Assembly: GCA_013166775.1 (NCBI GenBank)
Contig: JABLTJ010000002.1
Coordinates: 1-64,000, forward strand
Direction of reading: 5' to 3'
DNA: 64,000 nucleotides
Source: Promethearchaeati archaeon
Lineage (GTDB): Archaea; Asgardarchaeota; Heimdallarchaeia; Heimdallarchaeales; Heimdallarchaeaceae
Below, one piece after another: positions 49,873 to 60,062 of the stretch (positions within the stretch are counted from its first letter, which is position 1; every line of letters begins with the position of its first letter). The notes under the pieces are model-generated. The model made no database searches. It was not told the origin of the DNA and saw only the letters and a list, made by a program, of their open reading frames with translations. The position numbers and the translations under genes are program-made.

Positions 49873-51255
49873 TCAAGGTAAAGGATGATGATAATGCTTA
49901 TCTACATCCCTATATTCTTTTCCATCAAATATTAGATATTCTGCATGCACATCATGTATATCTCCATATTTTTGATACCAAGGAGATGTTCCTAACAAGG
50001 CCCATTTTTTTGCTGTATCGGGGAGAATCGTAAGAGGTACTTTGGTTTCTTCTGTAATCCTAATTGACTCAATTAAAGCGAGGGTTGCTGTTAATATCGC
50101 TGAGGTCGGTGTTTTTCTTAGAGATGAATGATTCCATAATTGTGTTTTTCTAATTATTATTTCGATAATTTCATTTGGAAAAACTATCCTATCCAAGTTC
50201 GATTCTTCAATAAGTTTCCAGAGTATTTCTTTATACTGAGATTCACTGAGTGGATATTCTTTTACGATATCATAAACATCAAAATCTTCTTTTGTAAAAT
50301 CTGAAATTTCTTTTCCTCCTGATATAATATAGAACATGAGATCATAATCAGGAAATCGTTCTTTTAATTCCGATTTTAATATTTCAATATCAACATCTAT
50401 CTCATCTAAAAGCAAGACAAAACTTGCAGATGGTGTATTTTTCACGACCCAAAAACTTACCGCATCAGGATTATTTTCTGGATTGTGGTCTATCTTTTTA
50501 TATTGACCTTCTTCATCTTTCCAGAATTCAGATCTATAAACAAAAGGTATCTCCAATTCCTTACATTTTTTCATAAGTGAATACATAATTTGAGTTTTAC
50601 CTGAACCCCAGTATCTTCCATAAAGATGCACGTTTTTCTCAGGCAGAATATTATCTTTAATCTTCACTAGATTATGCTCTAAAAGCTTAACTATTGAATG
50701 ATTCACCGTGAAATCATGTCTTGCAATGCAACATTCCGGATTAATGAGAGGTTGATGCTGAGGATATTTTTTAGCTATTTTATCAGCTTCTTCTCTCAAA
50801 AGACCTATATTTATGTTTAACATTTCCTTTTCCTGATGTGGAAACTTTATTTTCGGAATTATGTCTTTTCCAAAAAGTAATTTTCTAGTATTCTTGAGAT
50901 TAAGCATATCTTCAGGTAACAAACAATGTGAATTTTGAATGTTAATGTGCCAGAGATTATCTTTCGTTCTGATGTATCCTCTAGAAAATGAAGAAGCAAA
51001 AGCTGTTCCTAATTCCCAACCAAATTCATCTTGTATTTTATCGTAAACCAAATCAATAAGTATTAGATTCTCAATTGAATAATCATCTTTTTCCAAGACA
51101 ATTACTAATCCAGTTTTATCCTTCATCCATTTATCAAATAGAGCAATTTCTTTTGAGAATTCATAAACAGAGATAACATTTGGAATAATTGTCTTTAACA
51201 TTTCAATAAATGCTTCAAACAATTTATCACTGTTATTCATTATCTCCACATTCAA
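49873..51255 (-). CDS. Degenerate nucleotidyltransferase-like domain fused to P-loop (AAA+-like) NTPase
   Basis: Walker A GRYWGSGKT, Walker B LLLDEID. The N-terminal third parallels the upstream NTase-like gene. Confidence 0.65.
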   Translation of the reverse strand: MNVEIMNNSDKLFEAFIEMLKTIIPNVISVYEFSKEIALFDKWMKDKTGLVIVLEKDDYSIENLILIDLVYDKIQDEFGWELGTAFASSFSRGYIRTKDNLWHINIQNSHCLLPEDMLNLKNTRKLLFGKDIIPKIKFPHQEKEMLNINIGLLREEADKIAKKYPQHQPLINPECCIARHDFTVNHSIVKLLEHNLVKIKDNILPEKNVHLYGRYWGSGKTQIMYSLMKKCKELEIPFVYRSEFWKDEEGQYKKIDHNPENNPDAVSFWVVKNTPSASFVLLLDEIDVDIEILKSELKERFPDYDLMFYIISGGKEISDFTKEDFDVYDIVKEYPLSESQYKEILWKLIEESNLDRIVFPNEIIEIIIRKTQLWNHSSLRKTPTSAILTATLALIESIRITEETKVPLTILPDTAKKWALLGTSPWYQKYGDIHDVHAEYLIFDGKEYRDVDKHYHHPLP

Positions 51256-51262
51256 AATACAT

Positions 51263-52153
51263 CTAAATAAAATTCCTCAGTTCCATAAAGACTCTACTAA
51301 AATCTGCATGATCATCTGTTATTTTAACTAAGTTCCATAAGTTAGGTAATTTTTTACCTTTGGTTTCAAAAGCCTTTTCTAGAGTAAATAGGAATAATTT
51401 TCTACTATTTTCAACTACTTCAATGACACTTATTAAAGAGATATTTTTCTGCCTACAACTTGCCACTTCAACAACAAAATCACCTAACACACCATAATAT
51501 TCATTTGAAAACCAATATGCGGCTTTTAGTTTTCCCGTGGTATCATTATTCTTTAATGAAAATAATAATCTTGGAAAATGAAGTATCCAGTTTGCTGCAT
51601 GATTATAATCAGGAGATTTTGAAGGCTGGAAAGGGTATTCTTTACATAATTTTTCCATTTCTGTTAAATCTTCAATAAATTTTATCCAAAAACAATCAAG
51701 GGGAGGAATGGGAAATAACTTGATAAGATTTTCACCATAAAGCACTTCACCTTTATTTAGAATCATGTAATCATCAATGAGAGTCAGTGGGTACTGATTA
51801 ATTATTTCTTGATTTAAATGATGAGCGACCATTCCTTCTAGATCGTTATAAATAATTCTTGGATTTTCAAGCATAGTGAAGGGTATGAAATAAACAGTGA
51901 AAATCTCTGCAAATTCCTTGTTTAATTTATCTAACCGAGAAAGTATGTCATCTAGAACATCATAATCGTTTTGCCACAATCCTTTTTCAAGAATAACTAC
52001 AACATCTATTACACTATATCTCTTTGAAAAATCATCTAAAGTAAGACCACCAAAAAGAATAACTGAGCGAGTAGCTAAAGATGTAGCTACGAGTTCTGTA
52101 AAAGCTTTCAGAAACTGTTCAAGCTCAGGATAGCGGTCATAGGTGACCTTCAT
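51263..52153 (-). CDS. Pol-beta superfamily nucleotidyltransferase (AadA/DUF4111-like architecture), possibly inactive
   Basis: SVILFGGLTLDDF....SVIDVVV (canonical GS...SDID), GEVLYG, helical C-domain with PRLLFSL...GKLKAAYW. Confidence 0.7.
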   Translation of the reverse strand: MKVTYDRYPELEQFLKAFTELVATSLATRSVILFGGLTLDDFSKRYSVIDVVVILEKGLWQNDYDVLDDILSRLDKLNKEFAEIFTVYFIPFTMLENPRIIYNDLEGMVAHHLNQEIINQYPLTLIDDYMILNKGEVLYGENLIKLFPIPPLDCFWIKFIEDLTEMEKLCKEYPFQPSKSPDYNHAANWILHFPRLLFSLKNNDTTGKLKAAYWFSNEYYGVLGDFVVEVASCRQKNISLISVIEVVENSRKLFLFTLEKAFETKGKKLPNLWNLVKITDDHADFSRVFMELRNFI

Positions 52154-52278
52154 AATATGGTTATTGTAAATAATGGTTATTAGCTTTTCGTCTAAATCAT
52201 CTAGATTTTTAGGATTAGAATAACTTTACAGCAAATAATAGAATTGTAAGAAAAAGAAAGAGAGAAAGAGAGGAAAGA

Positions 52279-54048
52279 CTATACACTATTGATAATTAGT
52301 ACTTCCCAAGCTGAAAACTGCTCAATATATAGTGAGATTGTAAAATCAACACTTGATGGTCTATCACGATAATCGAAAGCGATTGTTAGATGGATATCCA
52401 ATAAATTAGAAATAGGATCAACACCTGGATTGACTGGGAATTGTTCATCATCACCTATTGCACTTCCTTCAGATAACCAGAATTCTTCCTTCACATCATC
52501 AAAGATACTATAGACAAAATCTATTCTGCTGTTTCCGCCCCAACCAATCTTCATTTGTGTAACATTTAGAGTAATTGGCACCATACTTTGGAGATAGAAT
52601 GATAAATAACCTCTTCTTTGCCAGAAGAAACCTCCTCCACCATCAATAGCAGCTGCACCATAGATTCTGAATACCTCATTATCGACTTCAGCTATAAGAG
52701 GTCCAGTTGAATTTCCATTACCTGCGAATGACAAATCATAGACTTGTGCAGATATTGAGTAATTATCATCAGGTAGGAGGAAAGTATTAAATTCTAGTAC
52801 CCATTTCTCTTGGTTTTCTATAAATACTGCATCTCCTTCTACACTATGTTGATAGAGATAGTAAAAGGAACTTGATAAGCTAATGAAGTAGATATCGAAT
52901 CTGGAGGTATCAATTCCTGAAGCATCTGAAGCAAAAACCTCTAATGTTACATATTCTGAGAGGAATGTATTATTTTCAGGAGTTATAAAATACGTATTTG
53001 GCATTAAATTATCTATAAGAGAGAATGCTTGCCCATGGCTGTTCAAATTACCTGCTTCATCTTTTACATAAATTGTAAAAGCCAATTCATCTTCTGCCAT
53101 TGTAGCTGTTTTTGCACTAGTTAATTCATAATCTGTTGTTGCATCGGATATAGAAGTAAATACTGACTCATATCCGTAAACATCTCCACTCATAACAAGA
53201 GTCTGATTAATAAGTTGTGCACCTGCAATACCTAAACTCCAAGAAACATCCAAAGAGTCACCAGGATTAATTACACTTTCACTCAATGAGAGATTCACAT
53301 CGATTTCTTCATTATCTATTCCAAAAGTTCGAGTCACCTGAGAGTTTTGTCCAAGAGCATCACTAACATAAAAAATAATCTCATAATTATCTTGGTCAAC
53401 ATACAATGTAGAATCAATATTAGTGGCAATTGTTTGATTTTCTAGAACAACTGTTCCGCTTGGTAATGCAAAATCATATGTTATGATCGAAGTTTTAAAA
53501 CCTCCAGTAGCGATTGCTTGAGGATCTATTATTCCACTTGCCCAACTGTCTTCAATTGGATTGAGAATTGTGAAATCAAGTGGTTCAATATTGTCAAGGT
53601 GCTTAAGATTGTCCGGAGCAAAAGCTGTGAGTTCATCATCATAGACAAGTTTTACTCTAAATATATTCTCTCCAATTTCCACATAACTTGATGGATCAAA
53701 TGTAACAACTAAATCAAGTCGTTCTGCAGGATTGACCGTTAATGGAAACGGAATTCCTTCTACAACTGCATTACTTATATCTAATGTATCATTGGTAACC
53801 TCTGTATCTATTGTAACATTAATTTGTGAAATGATTGCATTAGCACTTCCTGTATTTTGAACTGTAACATAAGCAACATCAACAACAGAATCCCCGTCAC
53901 TGTCAAACCATTGTATAGTAATTAAATCAACATTTGCGCTTCCTCTGAGCATTGGAACTACAATAAAATATACCATTGCACTTGCTGCTACTACCAAACT
54001 GATTAAAAGTATAGTAGCAACTACTGGTGAAACTGCTCTTCTTTTCAT
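52279..54048 (-). CDS. Archaeal type IV pilin/archaellin-like protein with Ig-like (Big) domains
   Basis: Class III signal peptide MKRRA|VSPVVATILLISLVVAA; YVTVQNTG pilin domain; Ig-like repeats (YVSDALG, YVKDEAGN, VYDLSFAGN); acidic composition. Confidence 0.85.
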   Translation of the reverse strand: MKRRAVSPVVATILLISLVVAASAMVYFIVVPMLRGSANVDLITIQWFDSDGDSVVDVAYVTVQNTGSANAIISQINVTIDTEVTNDTLDISNAVVEGIPFPLTVNPAERLDLVVTFDPSSYVEIGENIFRVKLVYDDELTAFAPDNLKHLDNIEPLDFTILNPIEDSWASGIIDPQAIATGGFKTSIITYDFALPSGTVVLENQTIATNIDSTLYVDQDNYEIIFYVSDALGQNSQVTRTFGIDNEEIDVNLSLSESVINPGDSLDVSWSLGIAGAQLINQTLVMSGDVYGYESVFTSISDATTDYELTSAKTATMAEDELAFTIYVKDEAGNLNSHGQAFSLIDNLMPNTYFITPENNTFLSEYVTLEVFASDASGIDTSRFDIYFISLSSSFYYLYQHSVEGDAVFIENQEKWVLEFNTFLLPDDNYSISAQVYDLSFAGNGNSTGPLIAEVDNEVFRIYGAAAIDGGGGFFWQRRGYLSFYLQSMVPITLNVTQMKIGWGGNSRIDFVYSIFDDVKEEFWLSEGSAIGDDEQFPVNPGVDPISNLLDIHLTIAFDYRDRPSSVDFTISLYIEQFSAWEVLIINSV

Positions 54049-54195
54049 TCTAAATACCTTCTTTACAATACCGTTGGACGGTCGTTATAGTAATTACGAA
54101 TTTAAAGCTAATAAACTTTGTTGCTGTACTAGTTAAAAATGACAGTTAGAGCGAATAATTTATAAAAACAATTTATCGAATGGAGCTTGAAGTAA

Positions 54196-54858
54196 ATGTC
54201 CCAAGAGAAAAAAATTTCTGTTAGAGAAACTGTTTATAAAAAGAACGATGATCTTGCGGAAGAAATTCGTAAGAATATGAAAAACAAAGGAAAATTGTTT
54301 TTCAATATAATGGGATCAATAGGAGCTGGAAAAACATTATTGCTTGAAAATTTAGCGGTGAAATTATCCACGCATTATAGAGTTTTTGTTATAAACGGAG
54401 ATATAGCAACTACAATTGATGCCGATCGAATTGCCAAACATGGAGTAAAAACAGTTCAAATTAACACAGGTGGTGGATGTCATCTTAATGCGAATCTTAT
54501 TGCTAAAGAACTAGAGAAAATCAATATTGATGATTTTGATATATTTTTCACTGAAAATGTAGGCAATCTAATATGCCCTGCTGCTTGGGATGTAGGTGCA
54601 CAAATGAATATCGTTGTAGTAAGTATTACTGAGGGTGAGTACGTTGTAAAGAAGCATCCTATAATTTTCAAAGATGCCGAAATAGCTATTATTAACAAAT
54701 GTGATTTGGATGGTTTAGGATTCGATTCTCAAGTTTTGGAGGAAGACGCATCAAAAATCAAATCAGGAATGAAAGTCATTTGCACCAGCGCTAAGACAGG
54801 TCAAGGCATTGATGACTTCATTGAAGCTCTTGGAATAGAAATACCTAGGGACGAATAA
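54196..54858 (+). CDS. hypB: Hydrogenase nickel incorporation GTPase HypB
   Basis: GSIGAGKT, DA.RI, GGGCHL, ENVGNLICPA, NKCD, SAKTG. Confidence 0.95.
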   Translation: MSQEKKISVRETVYKKNDDLAEEIRKNMKNKGKLFFNIMGSIGAGKTLLLENLAVKLSTHYRVFVINGDIATTIDADRIAKHGVKTVQINTGGGCHLNANLIAKELEKINIDDFDIFFTENVGNLICPAAWDVGAQMNIVVVSITEGEYVVKKHPIIFKDAEIAIINKCDLDGLGFDSQVLEEDASKIKSGMKVICTSAKTGQGIDDFIEALGIEIPRDE

Positions 54859-54859
54859 C

Positions 54860-55231
54860 ATGCATGAATTTAGCCTTGCTTCTGCAATAGTAGAACAAGT
54901 GAAAGAGATAATCGAAGAACATAAGGCTATAAGAGTAAAAAAAATTAGTATTTCAGCTGGTCCATATGAACTGATAATACCTGACCTTCTGCAAGATTCT
55001 TTCAAAATAATTACAGATGAACTTGAAAAGTTCAGGGAATCAGTTTTAGAGCTAATTAGAAAGCCTGCTAGAATAACATGTTTAGAATGTGACTATAATG
55101 GTGAACCTGATTCAGAAGGAGATGAGGAGTTTGCTTTTAATTTCAAATGCCCTGAATGTGGATCGAGAGACACTCATATTGATAGAAGCTACTTAACAAT
55201 AGAATCAGTAGATTTAGAGCTACCAAGCTAA
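54860..55231 (+). CDS. hypA: Hydrogenase nickel metallochaperone HypA
   Basis: MHEFSLA N-terminus, CLEC and CPECGS; 1 bp after hypB. Confidence 0.95.
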   Translation: MHEFSLASAIVEQVKEIIEEHKAIRVKKISISAGPYELIIPDLLQDSFKIITDELEKFRESVLELIRKPARITCLECDYNGEPDSEGDEEFAFNFKCPECGSRDTHIDRSYLTIESVDLELPS

Positions 55232-55304
55232 CTATTGACACCTCTTTTTATAAATGAATTTGAATTTGGAAAACTATAAAAGACTCCTTACGAGTTATTG
55301 ATAT

Positions 55305-55487
55305 ATGAGAGCCATCGCAGTTGTTGGTTTAGTATTATTAGGAGTTATTCTAAGTCCACTTGTTATTGCTCTTGGATTATCAATTGCAGCTATAGTTTTG
55401 CTCATTACAATTTTCACATATATTTACAGATTTCTAACTTTCGCGGAATTCAGAAACAAAAGAAATAGAAAAGAAATAAAGGAGTAA
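55305..55487 (+). CDS. Small membrane protein (hydrophobic hairpin + basic tail)
   Basis: 60 aa with ATG start, ~40-aa hydrophobic stretch; fills the intergenic gap. Confidence 0.55.
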   Translation: MRAIAVVGLVLLGVILSPLVIALGLSIAAIVLLITIFTYIYRFLTFAEFRNKRNRKEIKE

Positions 55488-55511
55488 CGAAAATAATCTT
55501 TCAGTTATATT

Positions 55512-56597
55512 TTAGCTCCAAATGTGTCTATCAAACGAAACTAATCTTTTACTAGTTTTATTAACTAGAATATCATCCTCAATACGAATACCAAATTTAT
55601 TGGGGATATAAATACCAGGTTCATTAGTGTGGACATTCCCAGAAAGTAATGGATCTTTATTACCCTTGACAATATAAGGATTTTCATGAACTTCCAAACC
55701 TAATCCGTGACCTAATCTATGAGTGAAGTATTTTCCATAACCAGCATTATCAATAACTTCTCTCGCTGCAAAATCCACTTGTTCTGCTGGAACGCCAGTT
55801 TTGGATTTTAGAAGTGCTGCATCATTTGCTTGTTCAACTACATCGTAGACTTTTAGGAATTCTTCTGAAGCCTTCCCAAAAACAGTGGTAACAGTTATAT
55901 CGGCAAAATAATATTCACACATAGTTCCTGCATCTATTAAAATCACGCTATTTTTCTGAAGTTTCTTATTTGAAGGTGGTCCATGTGGCATTGCACTGTT
56001 TTCATCGATTTGTACAAGAGCCCAACTAGGCTCTCCAGATAAACTAGTCATTTCTTTTTGAGCTCTTTTCAGAATCTCTAATTCAGTTAATCCTTCTTCC
56101 AGATTCTCGATTGTTTTCAAAATTCCTTTAACTGTATTTTCTCCAGATATTTCCATCCTCTCTATTTCTGCACTATCCTTAATTGATCTCATTTTTCTTA
56201 TTAAAAATCCGCCATCTATGAATTCAGCTTCAGGATATTTTTTCTTTAGTCTTGAATAGATTTCAAACGGTGTTGTAGGTTCCATAGCTATTTTTTTCAC
56301 ATTACAAGAAATAGCATCTCTTAGGACGGCATAAGGATCTTCTTCTTCCTTCCATGTTACGACATCATCAAACGTAGTAAATTTAGTCATTCTCTTTTTT
56401 TCGAAAGATGGTGCTATTAGGATAGAATCATCATCTTTCTGAATTATTCCGCAAACTAATCTTTCACTAATTTGAAAAGCACCTTTAAACATGTACAAAA
56501 AATCCACAGAGGGTGGAATTATGAAAAGATCAATGTCATTCTTTTCAATATCTTTCTTTAGTTTATTTTCTCTCTCTTCAAAATTTAACGATTTCAC
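55512..56597 (-). CDS. pepQ: Xaa-Pro dipeptidase/aminopeptidase (M24B, prolidase-like)
   Basis: AMPHG, IDAG, ADIT, HRLGHGLGLEVHE, EPGIY, GIRIEDD. Confidence 0.9.
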   Translation of the reverse strand: MKSLNFEERENKLKKDIEKNDIDLFIIPPSVDFLYMFKGAFQISERLVCGIIQKDDDSILIAPSFEKKRMTKFTTFDDVVTWKEEEDPYAVLRDAISCNVKKIAMEPTTPFEIYSRLKKKYPEAEFIDGGFLIRKMRSIKDSAEIERMEISGENTVKGILKTIENLEEGLTELEILKRAQKEMTSLSGEPSWALVQIDENSAMPHGPPSNKKLQKNSVILIDAGTMCEYYFADITVTTVFGKASEEFLKVYDVVEQANDAALLKSKTGVPAEQVDFAAREVIDNAGYGKYFTHRLGHGLGLEVHENPYIVKGNKDPLLSGNVHTNEPGIYIPNKFGIRIEDDILVNKTSKRLVSFDRHIWS

Positions 56598-56715
56598 ATG
56601 CTTTGTTTTTTTAGTTCTATATAGTTTTTTTGTAAGAAAATCATAAACTACTAAATTCAGTATTAAACCAACACCTCAATATTTAATGCAAATCATTTAA
56701 AACTGATAATCAATA

Positions 56716-59025
56716 TTGAAGCTTATGCATCTTTCATTATTGAAAACACGACCATTCAACAAGTTTGTTGAAATGGAACTTGAAAGAGATAATTTGTATA
56801 AATCTTTTAGAACCTTAGATGAACCAAAGGAAATTTCCACCTCCTGGATTACCTTTGCCGAATCATGTTCTCAAAACCTTTCTGTTATTAATAGCCTTGC
56901 AGATATGGCTATACAAAGAATTTATGATGTTTATATTGATATAAACCAGAAAAAAGATAATCCACTCGTTCTTCATGAATTACTTTATGGAGACTTCAGA
57001 AATCAAATAGCAGTTCTGAATCAATTTGAATTACAGTTAGGAGTTCTAACCTATGTATATTCCCAAGTCCGTAACAGAGGTGTTTTCAATCATGCTCCAA
57101 AAACAACTCAATATGAATATTATATCACTGCTAAAGAATCTATAGATACTATTCTTTATCGAATCTTAAATAATGAAATTCCTATAATAGAGAGTGAAGA
57201 TTTGACTCCTTCACCCTCTGTTTCTGATTTGCTTCAGGTCTTAATGCCATTAGTTCAATTAGAGAATTTGAAAAGACTAATTCCAATTTATGATAGTCTT
57301 CCAGATTATGAAAATGATCCCAAAGTCTTATCTAAAAAAGGAGAGTACGATTATTTACAAGGAATTACACTTGTGACACATATTATAGATATTGCAAAAA
57401 AAGCTTCTAGAGATTTCTGGTGGGCTGATCCCATTTCAGAACTATCTATTCTAAATCATGCAAAAGAGCATTTTGAGACAGTGATCTCTTTATGGAATAA
57501 AATCCCTGAAACATTAGGAAGTAGAGCATTAGCAATTCAAAGCGAGTTTTTACCAATTGTTGATGCTCATAGTGCAATCTCTCTTGTTCAACACTTCAAA
57601 TTATTAGCTCAAAATGCAATGGAAAGTGGGGACCTGAATCATGCTGCCCTTTACTTCGGAGAAGCAAAGAAGGAATTTGACAAAGCATGTAATCTTCTGG
57701 AAAACTCAGATAATCCTGAAAGTGATCAAATCCATAAACAAATTCAAAAAGAAGAATCAGAATTAGAGATACTGTACTCCATAACCAATTTAGCTTTGAA
57801 GTATACTGAGATTGTAAATTATCTATACGCTCAAGATACTGAAAATGCCTCAAAATCCTGTTTAGAGATAGAAAAATTGCTGAAAAAAATAGAACGAGTA
57901 GGTTCATTACCTTATGTGTACGGAGTAAGTGTTATTTATTCATCAGCAGCTTCGATTGTAAATGAATTAGTAGGTCAAGAGATAGATAATTTAACAGTAA
58001 TTGATAGATTAGTTTCACAATTCCAATTTCCATTAAAAGCAATGAGTGCCGCATTATCGGATGTAGAGTTAGAGTTCATAGATGTTGACGATTCAAACCC
58101 AATGAAGAGTTACAAAGAATTACAAGAACTTGATGAAAGATTATCTTATCTGGAAAAAGCTATTGAACTTCTCCCTCCTTTCCTGCCTGATAAAGATTTA
58201 AAGAGACACAAAATCCATGCTATGAAATACTACATAAAGTCAATAATCGCTGAGAATAAAACTTACATTTATGCAGATAACAACATCGTTCTAGACTTGA
58301 TTTTAAGAGCAAGAGCTCACTATTATGCTAAAAAAGCTGAACAAAGTATTGGAGAGATAAAGAGTAAAAAACAGGAAAAGAAATTTAGACAACTAATAAG
58401 TGAAAGAATGCTGAAAACAAAAACAATTGGAATGGTTACAGAATCAAGTTTAGTATCATTAGGTCTTCAGAGTGTTTACAAGAATGAAGTTAGAAAATAT
58501 ATCGAAGAGATGATTAGAGTAATGGCAGAAGTTGAAGAACTGCCAGACATAATTGGTGAAATTGCAGAAAAGCAATTTGATGAGATGATTGATTTTCAAG
58601 AAATGTTAGATCTAATCATGATTGATACTCAAGAACTCTTAGCTACAAATGTCGAAATTTCTATTAAAGGAAACGAAATTAACTGGGATTTTGTAAAACG
58701 AAGAGAAGCATTCATTCCTGCAGTTAGAAGCATGTTTGAAGCTGTTAAATTAGTAATTCTTGGGGAATTAAATATTATCACTAAGAAAAAAGCAAAAGCA
58801 GAAACTAGTTATTTAAAAGCAGGAGAGCTATTGTATAGCATAAGTTCTTCTCTTGGTAAAATTGCTCAATATTTAGAAGATAAACAGGAACTTCCTCAAA
58901 CAGTCTATGCAATATCACTCTTTTGTAGAGAAAATTCTCAAGCGATAAGAGATAGAAGAAAAACAAAAGAAGTACCTTACAACGAAATAGTCTCAATTCT
59001 CGATTACCTCATACTTAACCTTTAA
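56716..59025 (+). CDS. Large all-helical (TPR/alpha-solenoid-like) hypothetical protein
   Basis: 769 aa with helical periodicity; TPR-like segments (AMESGDLNHAALYFGEAKKEF; KAETSYLKAGELL). Confidence 0.75.
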   Translation: MKLMHLSLLKTRPFNKFVEMELERDNLYKSFRTLDEPKEISTSWITFAESCSQNLSVINSLADMAIQRIYDVYIDINQKKDNPLVLHELLYGDFRNQIAVLNQFELQLGVLTYVYSQVRNRGVFNHAPKTTQYEYYITAKESIDTILYRILNNEIPIIESEDLTPSPSVSDLLQVLMPLVQLENLKRLIPIYDSLPDYENDPKVLSKKGEYDYLQGITLVTHIIDIAKKASRDFWWADPISELSILNHAKEHFETVISLWNKIPETLGSRALAIQSEFLPIVDAHSAISLVQHFKLLAQNAMESGDLNHAALYFGEAKKEFDKACNLLENSDNPESDQIHKQIQKEESELEILYSITNLALKYTEIVNYLYAQDTENASKSCLEIEKLLKKIERVGSLPYVYGVSVIYSSAASIVNELVGQEIDNLTVIDRLVSQFQFPLKAMSAALSDVELEFIDVDDSNPMKSYKELQELDERLSYLEKAIELLPPFLPDKDLKRHKIHAMKYYIKSIIAENKTYIYADNNIVLDLILRARAHYYAKKAEQSIGEIKSKKQEKKFRQLISERMLKTKTIGMVTESSLVSLGLQSVYKNEVRKYIEEMIRVMAEVEELPDIIGEIAEKQFDEMIDFQEMLDLIMIDTQELLATNVEISIKGNEINWDFVKRREAFIPAVRSMFEAVKLVILGELNIITKKKAKAETSYLKAGELLYSISSSLGKIAQYLEDKQELPQTVYAISLFCRENSQAIRDRRKTKEVPYNEIVSILDYLILNL

Positions 59026-59057
59026 ACGTGAATCTGTGTTTGTATGGTGGGAGATAA

Positions 59058-59966
59058 ATGGAAGATATTCTGAATTTGAAGAAGAAAGGTATTCCAATAA
59101 CAGTTGTAGGATTGCCTTCTGCAGGTAAAACAACATTAGTTAACTGGTTATCTGAGAAACGATTTACTAGACCCAAACCAACTGTAGGTTTAAAATTTAA
59201 TCAAATACAAATCGGAGATGTTATTTTCAATATATTTGATTTATCAGGTCAAGCTCAATACAGAGAAAAAATCTGGGAGACCTACATCATGACTTCTGCT
59301 GGGATAATTTTCATATTGGATTCATCTGAATCTGCTCTTCTGGAAGAAGCTAAGAAATGGTTTTGGACGATAATTAACGAATGGTTACAGGGTATTTTTT
59401 CTGATAAAATAATATTATTTTTAGCGAATAAATCTGATTTACAAAAATCTATGAAATTAGATGAGATCATAGAGAAGTTAGAATTGACACAGATGTCTTC
59501 TATTCCTAATATATCATTTCAGATTTTTAAAACATCAATTAGAACTAGCACCAATATTGATTTTGCCATGAAATGGTTTTTCTCTAAGATTGAACAGAGT
59601 GTTGAAGAACAAAAAATGAAACCTTCTGCAATAATTATCTCAGATACTTCTGGTACACCAATATACCTACATGATCCCAATGAAATTGTAGATGATACAG
59701 GTATGTTTGTAGGATATTTACGAGCTTTAAGTGGATTTTCTGATGAATTATTTGGTCAAGAGAAATTTAAGGTAATAAAAATAGAAAATCATTATTTCTT
59801 TATCTCTGAAGGGAAAAATCATAATGTTACAATTGCAGCTGGTAAGGAATCAGCTTTACCAGAAGCTCGACGATTATCTTTTCTAATACACGAATTCTTA
59901 TTAAAAGATGAGTATAAATTAAAAAACGGAGATTTAGATTCCTTTATTTCAGAATACATAATTTAA
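59058..59966 (+). CDS. Arf-like small GTPase fused to C-terminal longin/roadblock-like domain
   Basis: GLPSAGKT, PTVG, IFDLSGQ..YR..W..Y, LANKSD. C-terminal AIIISDTSGTPIY...GYLRALSGFSDELFG...IKIE longin-like pattern. Confidence 0.88.
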   Translation: MEDILNLKKKGIPITVVGLPSAGKTTLVNWLSEKRFTRPKPTVGLKFNQIQIGDVIFNIFDLSGQAQYREKIWETYIMTSAGIIFILDSSESALLEEAKKWFWTIINEWLQGIFSDKIILFLANKSDLQKSMKLDEIIEKLELTQMSSIPNISFQIFKTSIRTSTNIDFAMKWFFSKIEQSVEEQKMKPSAIIISDTSGTPIYLHDPNEIVDDTGMFVGYLRALSGFSDELFGQEKFKVIKIENHYFFISEGKNHNVTIAAGKESALPEARRLSFLIHEFLLKDEYKLKNGDLDSFISEYII

Positions 59967-60062
59967 TTTAGAAGCACTATATTAAATTCTTAAAAACAAG
60001 TTGCTTCCACAACAATTATAAAGATATTAGATTCATAACAATTTAGTGTTAGGTGTAATATA

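Noticed and set aside
54070-54082. Inverted repeat ACCGT-TGG-ACGGT in the pilin/hypB divergent spacer
   Set aside because: Only a 5-bp stem seen once; could be an operator but cannot be distinguished from chance.
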